Source: a virus. From it: a DNA stretch of 64,000 bases. The number at the start of each line of letters is the position of its first letter. Position 1 is the stretch's first letter. The notes beneath the pieces were generated by a model. It had not been told where the DNA came from and made no database searches. It saw nothing but the letters and a program-made list of their open reading frames with translations. The stretch covers positions 57,418 through 121,417 of the IMG/VR virus record IMGVR_UViG_3300008113_000108, one strand, 5' to 3'. Of this stretch, positions 20,442 through 26,091 are shown one piece after another. Both the position numbers and the translations under genes were made by a program.

Positions 20442-20452
20442 TCTGGTACAAT
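20424..20452 (+). promoter_or_regulatory. sigma70-type promoter of tRNA array
   Basis: TTGACA-17-TACAAT with extended TG. Confidence 0.7.
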
Positions 20453-20464
20453 TAACTGGCAAAT

Positions 20465-20538
20465 GACTCAGTAGCTCAGTTGGATAGAGCATCTGCCTTC
20501 TAAGCAGTTGGTCGGGGGTTCAAGTCCCTCCTGAGTCG
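20465..20538 (+). tRNA. tRNA-Arg(TCT)
   Basis: GACTCAG/CTGAGTC acceptor, CT-TCT-AA loop, GTTCAAGT. Confidence 0.95.
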
Positions 20539-20567
20539 TGACAACTGAATATTTAAGGTATGCACCA

Positions 20568-20822
20568 ATGTACAAAATTAGATGCAAAGATTGCAACATG
20601 GAGTTGCATGTAACTCAACCAAATCGTGGTCAATCATGTAAGTGTCCCAATAGAGCTTACATACGACTTGACAATAACGGATTACCTGTTATAGTAGCTG
20701 ATGACATGACCAGAATTGAAATGGTAAGTGGATTTACAAAACCAAAAGAGAAACAAAAGTCTGTTGAACATTTTGATGTTCCCAAGAGACGAATACGCAG
20801 ACTAGATTACGAAGTTCGTTAA
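20568..20822 (+). CDS. small Zn-ribbon-like hypothetical protein
   Basis: CKDC...CKC. Confidence 0.7.
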   Translation: MYKIRCKDCNMELHVTQPNRGQSCKCPNRAYIRLDNNGLPVIVADDMTRIEMVSGFTKPKEKQKSVEHFDVPKRRIRRLDYEVR

Positions 20823-20831
20823 TTTAGTCTA

Positions 20832-20903
20832 GGGAGTATAGCTTAATGGTTAGAGCGGGCTCCTTATAAGGGCTTAGTCTGGGTTCAACTCCCAGTATTC
20901 CCA
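20832..20903 (+). tRNA. tRNA-Ile(TAT)
   Basis: GGGAGTA/TATTCCC acceptor, CT-TAT-AA loop, GTTCAACT. Confidence 0.9.
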
Positions 20904-20926
20904 TTAGGAATCGACGGGTTCCTAAA

Positions 20927-21108
20927 GAATGTGGCAGAACAATCCTTGTGGTTACTCACGGGATAATGCAATAGGTTAGGGGTGGTGCCCGCTGTATCGT
21001 TGAGAAATCAAAGGTATAGAACTTCCGACCAAGAAGAATCTAGGTTCCTGGAAATACGGTTGTCAGTGTAACCATCCAGGTTGTGGGTATGACAGATTCC
21101 CACCATTC
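20927..21108 (+). ncRNA. manA-like RNA motif
   Basis: GAATG/CATTC closing stem, multiple hairpins, GGTGGTGCCCGCTG core, kissing TGTCA/TGACA; tRNA-adjacent as described for manA; family assignment from memory. Confidence 0.65.
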
Positions 21109-21120
21109 ACCCAAAACATT

Positions 21121-21168
21121 CATCATCAGAGGTTGCCAGTTTGCAGATGATGTCTCAGTAATAACTGG
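21121..21168 (+). ncRNA. H-type pseudoknot RNA element
   Basis: CATCATC/GATGATG stem; loop CCAGTT pairs with downstream AACTGG. Confidence 0.5.
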
Positions 21169-21173
21169 AATTG

Positions 21174-21233
21174 GGAAGAATAATGAAGCCGCTTGATTTT
21201 AAATCAAGATTAAACATGCATCTTATTCTTCCA
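21174..21233 (+). ncRNA. stalked hairpin with anticodon-arm-like tip
   Basis: GGAAGAATAA/TTATTCTTCC stem enclosing CTTGA-TTTTAAA-TCAAG. Confidence 0.4.
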
Positions 21234-21237
21234 TCAA

Positions 21238-21313
21238 GGTCTCATCGTCTAACTGGTCAGGACGACGCCCTTTCAAGGCGTAAATTCGGGTTCAATCCCC
21301 GATGAGACTACCA
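21238..21313 (+). tRNA. tRNA-Glu(TTC)
   Basis: cloverleaf, CT-TTC-AA loop, encoded CCA. Confidence 0.95.
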
Positions 21314-21387
21314 CGGGCATTAGCTCAGTTTGGTAGAGCGCCGTCTTTGGGAGGCGGATGCCGAAGGTTCAAATCCTTCATGCCCGA
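21314..21387 (+). tRNA. tRNA-Pro(TGG)
   Basis: CGGGCAT/ATGCCCG acceptor, TT-TGG-GA loop. Confidence 0.95.
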
Positions 21388-21424
21388 CTTACCGTTACCA
21401 GAACTTTTTCTGACGGTATATCGT

Positions 21425-21488
21425 AGATGAACTGCAAAGTCAGTATACGGATAGAGGTTAGGTCCCTGGTTTCACACCTAATCCATCT
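21425..21488 (+). ncRNA. unassigned three-way-junction RNA
   Basis: AGATG/CATCT, ACTG/CAGT, TTAGGT/ACCTAA; carries ACGGAT and CCCTGGT. Confidence 0.45.
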
Positions 21489-21561
21489 GGGGGATTAGCT
21501 CAATTGGTAGAGCAGCGCCTTTGCAAGGCGAAGGTTAGGAGTTCAAATCTCCTATTCTCCA
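21489..21561 (+). tRNA. tRNA-Ala(TGC)
   Basis: cloverleaf, TT-TGC-AA loop, G3:U70 pair. Confidence 0.95.
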
Positions 21562-21581
21562 TTCCCACTATATTATTTTTT

Positions 21582-21826
21582 ATGGGAGACTCAGTTAAGT
21601 ATCAAATTGAAAAGGCTGAACATGCACTTCGTTCTGCACTTGAACTAGGTGCAATGCATGAAGATCCTTATACTCTTCAGCTTTACAAAAGCTAGGTTAC
21701 ATTATTATCATGGGTAAAACTCAACATGTAGTAGAAGACTTTAACGTAGAAGGTGGAATTCCTTTTGCCACAAATTATCCTAATGTTGAGGAAGTTAATT
21801 CTCCAGACATTAATCTAATTACCTAA
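21582..21826 (+). pseudogene. hypothetical gene apparently split by a frameshift near 21677
   Basis: MGDSVKYQ...EDPYTL in one frame continues plausibly as SALQKLGY...NLIT* in the -1 frame. Confidence 0.45.
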
Positions 21827-21880
21827 ATATCATCAATACCTCTCAAGCCTATCTAAAGAAGCTCAAACAGAGAGGTCACT

Positions 21881-21951
21881 GCGAATGTGGTGTAGCGGTA
21901 ACATCCCATCCTTCCAAGTTGGTGTCACGGGTTCGATCCCCGTCATTCGCT
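21881..21951 (+). tRNA. tRNA-Gly(TCC)
   Basis: GCGAATG/CATTCGC acceptor, CT-TCC-AA loop. Confidence 0.93.
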
Positions 21952-21972
21952 TCCTCAATCCTTGAGGTTATT

Positions 21973-22128
21973 ATGTCACTTATTTCACAAAAAGATAGGG
22001 ATCTTGCTATTGAAGCATTAGACTTCTATCTCTTCAATAAAAAATTTGATTTTACTGAAGAAAAAAGAATGGAAGTTAATGCTCTCATTAACTGGATTAA
22101 ACTAGAAAAAACTAAACATGAAAATTAA
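21973..22128 (+). CDS. small hypothetical protein
   Basis: GAGG RBS then MSLISQKDR... Confidence 0.7.
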   Translation: MSLISQKDRDLAIEALDFYLFNKKFDFTEEKRMEVNALINWIKLEKTKHEN

Positions 22129-22282
22129 TCTTTGGTATTGTGAACATATGAAACAATGGAGATGGACTCTTGTAGATGATCATCGTCCAGTTGTTAAAAT
22201 GGAGTCTGGTCAACAACCAGATCTTCGGGTAGCAATGAATGACATTGCAAACACTGTTGAATATATGTTAAGTCATCAGTGA
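22118..22282 (+). CDS. small hypothetical protein (54 aa, MKINLWYC...WRWTL)
   Basis: read by hand; overlaps previous stop. Confidence 0.7.
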   Translation: MKINLWYCEHMKQWRWTLVDDHRPVVKMESGQQPDLRVAMNDIANTVEYMLSHQ

Positions 22283-22288
22283 TTTCTT

Positions 22289-22360
22289 TGGGGTGTAGTT
22301 CAGCGGTAGAACGCTTGACTGTTAATCAAGTTGTCGCAGGTTCGATCCCTGCCACCCCAG
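22289..22360 (+). tRNA. tRNA-Asn(GTT)
   Basis: TGGGGTG/CACCCCA acceptor, CT-GTT-AA loop. Confidence 0.95.
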
Positions 22361-22382
22361 TTACTACAATTCGTAGTAAACT

Positions 22383-22463
22383 GTAGGAACCAAAACCTCT
22401 TCCTGGTCACTGGCTGGGTAATGTAAAGAGGGAGGCTTAAGGTGATGCTCTCCCCTCCTACCA
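22383..22463 (+). ncRNA. unassigned structured RNA
   Basis: GTAGGA/TCCTAC closing stem, CCTCTT/AAGAGG helix, GC-rich island in AT-rich context. Confidence 0.45.
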
Positions 22464-22491
22464 CTAAATACATGTATCGAAGGATACAGTC

Positions 22492-22752
22492 ATGAAATAT
22501 AAGATCTCATCGAACTATTGTTTTTACAATAACGAAATTGTTGAGATGTATTTCATCAATAATGTTCCATTTACATTTGAAGAACTTCCTCAAATAATGC
22601 AGGATGATCCCTACATTCAAATTGAAGCTTCAAACAATGAAGAGTATAGTCCAGAAGATCTATATAAAACTTCATTCTATTTGATAGACGAAGAATGTCA
22701 TCCTTGTTTATTCCCAGTGGACTTAGAAAACCCAGAAGATATGCCTGAGTAA
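22492..22752 (+). CDS. hypothetical protein
   Basis: 86-aa ORF, AAGGA RBS, TAAATA upstream. Confidence 0.75.
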   Translation: MKYKISSNYCFYNNEIVEMYFINNVPFTFEELPQIMQDDPYIQIEASNNEEYSPEDLYKTSFYLIDEECHPCLFPVDLENPEDMPE

Positions 22753-22791
22753 TTTGTAAATACTATAAATAGTTACAAATTACTTTCTAGT

Positions 22792-23148
22792 ATGAAAACT
22801 TGTTCTAAGTGTGGTATAGAAAAACCATTGACAGAATACCACTCTGCTGGTATTATAGATGGCAAAAGATACCTTCGTGGAGAATGTAAAGTTTGCCAAA
22901 AGAAGGTAGTCAAAAAAAGAAACAATTCTATCCGTGAAGACTACATTGAATGGAAAAAAACTCTCAAGTGTAATAGATGTGGATTTGATGATTATCGTGC
23001 TCTTCAATTTCATCATGAGAGAGACAAAGAATATAATATAGCAGAAATGCTTCGTTCTGGATTTTCTCTTGAAAAGATTAAATTTGAAGCAGAGAAATGT
23101 AAAGTTCTTTGTGCTAATTGTCATCAGATTCATCATTCACGCCTCTAA
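22792..23148 (+). mobile_element. HNH homing endonuclease gene
   Basis: CSKC..CKVC Zn finger; CNRC...LQFHH...LCANCHQIHH. Confidence 0.85.
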
Positions 23149-23211
23149 AGCATTGTGGTGATGCACCGCTCTTGTAAAGCGGAGACGACAGTTCAATTCT
23201 GTCTAGAGGCT
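23141..23211 (+). tRNA. tRNA-Thr(TGT)
   Basis: GCCTCTA/TAGAGGC acceptor, CT-TGT-AA loop. Confidence 0.92.
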
Positions 23212-23232
23212 TTGTATGCTAGGATAGCTACT

Positions 23233-23442
23233 ATGTATGAAGACCTTACCACCTTTGAAAAACAACTAGCTCAATTTGGAGATAGAGTCCAAGTTATTGT
23301 TGGACTTGAAGTTGGAGGAAAGCTTCATGCAGATGAAGCCTACAAACAGATTAAAGATCTTGTAAAGGATCTTAAAAAACTTCGTAAGAGTGAATTAAAG
23401 CATGGCAACGATCTCGACAATTCAAACTTTGGATTCCAGTGA
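23233..23442 (+). CDS. conserved cyanophage hypothetical protein
   Basis: FGDRVQVIVGLEVGGKL...EAYKQIK; AGGA RBS. Confidence 0.75.
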   Translation: MYEDLTTFEKQLAQFGDRVQVIVGLEVGGKLHADEAYKQIKDLVKDLKKLRKSELKHGNDLDNSNFGFQ

Positions 23443-23998
23443 AGAAGATCCTGGATTTGAAATTACTCATTTGTCATTCCGAAAGAGAACATCTGAAGGC
23501 ATATATGGTGGTCCAGTAGATTACTACATTGGCAACATCGTATTTCGTTTGACGAATGAAGAAGCGAAAGGTCGCATGGAGTATATTCTATCAGAGAATG
23601 AAAGGGTTCGTGTGGCACCAGATGAAGAACTTCATGACAAATATTATGATGGATTAAGTTTTAATCTTTCAGATGCTTGTAAAGAAGAAGAAGCAGTAGA
23701 AGATGAAAACGGAGAAAAATTTTATCCAGTTAAAATTACGAACAAGCATAATTTAGAAGACGAGGATGTATTCATCTGGGCATATCGTCGTAACATGGAT
23801 CCTATGCATAGTTTTGTAGAATACATTGAGAAGTTTGATTGTTACAGAATGCACGAATACTTCCAGGACACCCCTGTAGTTCGTGGTATAATACAGTATC
23901 TCCAAGACATGAAAGATGGCAAACCCAATCCAAGTCGTACAGTCTATCATGAGCAGTTTCTCACCACGCTCACAAACCTCTGTTGGTGGTGGGACTAG
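23402..23998 (+). CDS. hypothetical protein
   Basis: 198-aa ORF ending LCWWWD. Confidence 0.75.
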   Translation: MATISTIQTLDSSEEDPGFEITHLSFRKRTSEGIYGGPVDYYIGNIVFRLTNEEAKGRMEYILSENERVRVAPDEELHDKYYDGLSFNLSDACKEEEAVEDENGEKFYPVKITNKHNLEDEDVFIWAYRRNMDPMHSFVEYIEKFDCYRMHEYFQDTPVVRGIIQYLQDMKDGKPNPSRTVYHEQFLTTLTNLCWWWD

Positions 23999-24122
23999 GC
24001 AGTGCTCAAAATGTCACATTGAATACCCCCTTGACAAAGACCACTACCAAGTGGTAAAATACTTTCGTTCTGGATTTTCATATTATTGCAATGAATGCAA
24101 TAAACCGAAGCCCAGAGACTAG
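23949..24122 (+). CDS. small Zn-finger protein (HNH-associated type), start uncertain
   Basis: CSKC...YYCNEC. Confidence 0.5.
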   Translation: MSSFSPRSQTSVGGGTRQCSKCHIEYPLDKDHYQVVKYFRSGFSYYCNECNKPKPRD

Positions 24123-24138
24123 CCAACTAAATATACTG

Positions 24139-24180
24139 AGACACGGATGGTCTATAACAGCACTGGTCGGGAGCAACCCC
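24139..24180 (+). ncRNA. CGGA-loop/CUGGU RNA module, copy A
   Basis: AGAC-ACGGATG-GTCT, A-rich linker, GCACTGGTC, GGG-AGCAA-CCC. Confidence 0.5.
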
Positions 24181-24191
24181 CTTTAATTTCT

Positions 24192-24389
24192 ATGAAAAAT
24201 ACCCAATACTGTTCACTCAAGTTATTAAGTATCTGCACTGAAATTGAAAGTGTAATTAACACACTTAAACAAATTCAGGACCGTATGGACCTGAAAAATT
24301 ATGTTAAAATTCAGGAAACAATTAAAATACTTGATGAACACAAACACTATATTTGGAAAATTTATACTGATATAGAGGTCTCGGAATGA
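24192..24389 (+). CDS. hypothetical protein
   Basis: 65-aa ORF between RNA modules. Confidence 0.55.
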   Translation: MKNTQYCSLKLLSICTEIESVINTLKQIQDRMDLKNYVKIQETIKILDEHKHYIWKIYTDIEVSE

Positions 24390-24425
24390 CTTAAAAACTT
24401 GCCCTGGTGGAGTCAAGTATGACCC
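24376..24425 (+). ncRNA. CGGA-loop/CUGGU RNA module, copy B
   Basis: AGGTC-TCGGAAT-GACTT, A-rich linker, GCCCTGGTGG, GTC-AAGTAT-GAC. Confidence 0.5.
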
Positions 24426-24431
24426 AATTTA

Positions 24432-24538
24432 GTCCTCGTCGGATTGGACATTAAATATGCCGACTGGTGCGGATGAAGAGTTTTTGACTCTGCCGAGTTT
24501 CCAGTTTTCTCGTAATCAAAACTGGTGGCGAGCCTGCA
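24432..24538 (+). ncRNA. wcaG-like RNA motif
   Basis: two UGGYG elements (CTGGTGCGG, GTGGCGAGCCTG); pseudoknot CGAG/CTCG with CCAGTTTT/AAAACTGG; family assignment from memory. Confidence 0.7.
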
Positions 24539-24584
24539 AAGGGGTTGACAACCCCAACTACTCCTGCTATAGTAGGAGTTTCAT

Positions 24585-24654
24585 GGAAGTGAAGCCAACT
24601 GGAACGGCACGGAGACAATCCATACAGTAGTTGGTTCGATCCCAACCACTTCCC
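24585..24654 (+). tRNA. tRNA-like RNA with degenerate anticodon arm
   Basis: GGAAGTG/CACTTCC acceptor, GCC/GGC D arm, GTTGG-TTCGATC-CCAAC T arm, anticodon arm only GGA-GACAA-TCC. Confidence 0.65.
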
Positions 24655-24691
24655 AAATATAAATAAAATCTGTAGTTAATCATTTAAAATT

Positions 24692-25573
24692 ATGATGATT
24701 CGTTCATTTATTGCTGCTGGTGTTGCTGCTGCTTCTATTGCTGCTCCTGCCATGGCACAAGTCACCAGTGTTTCACAATTGCGTGACGTTCAACCAACCG
24801 AATGGTCATACCAGGCTATTTCTAACCTAGTATCTCGTTATGGTTGTGTTGCTGGTTTCCCTGATGGTACTTTCCGTCCTGGTGAACCAGCTACTCGTGC
24901 TCAGCTTGCTGCACTAACCAATGCATGTCTGGATCGTATTAGCGAATTCCAAACTGCTGCAGATGCACAACTAGCTGCTGCTCTACGTGCTGAGTTTGCT
25001 AAGGAACTCGGTGCTACCAATGCCCGTGTAAGTGCTCTAGAAGTAGCTGCTGCTCAAAAAGCTCAGGGTGTTGGCAACTATCTAGGTGTTGGTGTTCTTC
25101 TCAATCAGCAAGGTGTTGCTGGCAACGGTTATAGTGCTCAGCGTACTATTTCTGGTGCTACTGTTCAGGCACGTTATGCTGTGAAGAACTTTACCAACCT
25201 GAATGCTGTTTCAGTTCGTCCCTATGCTAGCTTCGTAGGTTCTCCTGCTGGTCAGATTGGTTCTGGTGGTGGTGCTCTTGTTTCATATGATTGGAGCATT
25301 TCCCGTGCTAAGTCTGGTGTAAGTCGTGCTAACATCTATACTGGTGTTGGTTATCAGATCCCCTTTGTAAACAACACTGCTGCTAATTATCAGTCTGCTG
25401 TTGGCAACCGTGGTCAAGTTGTTCTTGCTCTTGGCGTAGAAGGTCGTATCACCAACTCACTAGTTGGTTTTGCTGATCTCAAGTTTCCTACCACCAATGC
25501 TGCTAACAGCTATGGTGCTACCAACGGAACCTATTCACCTGTGTTCACCACGGGTCTGGGATTCAAGTTCTGA
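24692..25573 (+). CDS. SLH-domain outer-membrane protein (cyanobacterial porin-like N-terminus, beta-barrel C-terminus)
   Basis: signal peptide, QVTSVSQLRDVQPTEWSYQA...YGCVAGFPDGTFR...TRAQ, terminal GLGFKF. Confidence 0.85.
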   Translation: MMIRSFIAAGVAAASIAAPAMAQVTSVSQLRDVQPTEWSYQAISNLVSRYGCVAGFPDGTFRPGEPATRAQLAALTNACLDRISEFQTAADAQLAAALRAEFAKELGATNARVSALEVAAAQKAQGVGNYLGVGVLLNQQGVAGNGYSAQRTISGATVQARYAVKNFTNLNAVSVRPYASFVGSPAGQIGSGGGALVSYDWSISRAKSGVSRANIYTGVGYQIPFVNNTAANYQSAVGNRGQVVLALGVEGRITNSLVGFADLKFPTTNAANSYGATNGTYSPVFTTGLGFKF

Positions 25574-25586
25574 TTCTCTAACAATT

Positions 25587-25638
25587 GGGGGTTGACAAAC
25601 CCCCTTTTTTCATATATAATAATGTAACAATTTGTAAT
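25587..25638 (+). promoter_or_regulatory. terminator overlapping sigma70 promoter, with HLR1-like box, upstream of hli
   Basis: GGGGGTT-GACA-AACCCCC-T6 hairpin; TTGACA(25592)-17-TATAAT(25615); reverse strand ATTACAAA-TT-GTTACATT at 25621-25638. Confidence 0.7.
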
Positions 25639-25645
25639 AAACACA

Positions 25646-25840
25646 ATGACAGTAACAACTAATGATCGTGGGCAAATGAATATGTTTGCTAAAGAGCCCA
25701 CAATGTATTATGAAAATTATGGAATGTATACACCCTTTGAAATTAAGGAACGTACTAATGGGCGCTGGGCAATGGTCGGCATTATTGCTGCTTTCATTTC
25801 TTATTCTATCACAGGTAAACTATTCTTCGGAATCTTTTGA
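25646..25840 (+). CDS. hli: high-light inducible protein
   Basis: ERTNGRWAMVG chlorophyll-binding motif, TGKLFFGIF. Confidence 0.92.
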   Translation: MTVTTNDRGQMNMFAKEPTMYYENYGMYTPFEIKERTNGRWAMVGIIAAFISYSITGKLFFGIF

Positions 25841-25851
25841 GGAGGAAAACA

Positions 25852-25971
25852 ATGGAAAAGATCTTCACAGAAAAGGCTGAGCGCCTAAATGGTCGTCTCG
25901 CTATGCTTGGATTCGTAGCTGCAGTTGGTGCATATCTCGCCACTGGTCAAGTAATTCCAGGTGTATGGTGA
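25852..25971 (+). CDS. hli: high-light inducible protein (39 aa)
   Basis: AERLNGRLAMLGF...TGQVIPG; GGAGG RBS. Confidence 0.93.
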   Translation: MEKIFTEKAERLNGRLAMLGFVAAVGAYLATGQVIPGVW

Positions 25972-25972
25972 T

Positions 25973-26059
25973 ATGGGAGAAGTAGTTTTTACAGTTACTA
26001 GTATTTCATTTCTAGTATTACTATTTCACTCTATCAATAAACTTTCAGAAACATACTAA
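25973..26059 (+). CDS. 28-aa single-TM peptide
   Basis: MGEVVFTVTSISFLVLLFHSINKLSETY directly after hli. Confidence 0.5.
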   Translation: MGEVVFTVTSISFLVLLFHSINKLSETY

Positions 26060-26065
26060 TAAATA

Positions 26066-26091
26066 CAGGAGGTTCTACACCTCCTTTTTTT
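26066..26091 (+). terminator. rho-independent terminator
   Basis: AGGAGGT-TCTAC-ACCTCCT then T run. Confidence 0.75.

Noticed and set aside
21582-24122. Stop-codon reassignment (TAG readthrough) suggested by short TAG-ending ORFs
   Set aside because: Continuations are in different frames, core genes translate fully in code 11 and there is no canonical suppressor tRNA
23916-24122. Programmed frameshift fusing the 198-aa ORF to the Zn-finger ORF
   Set aside because: An in-frame ATG at 23949 can explain the ORF, and there is no canonical slippery site
19300-24700. CRISPR array or mini-array
   Set aside because: No identical direct repeats with regular spacers; the repeated units are structural RNA modules
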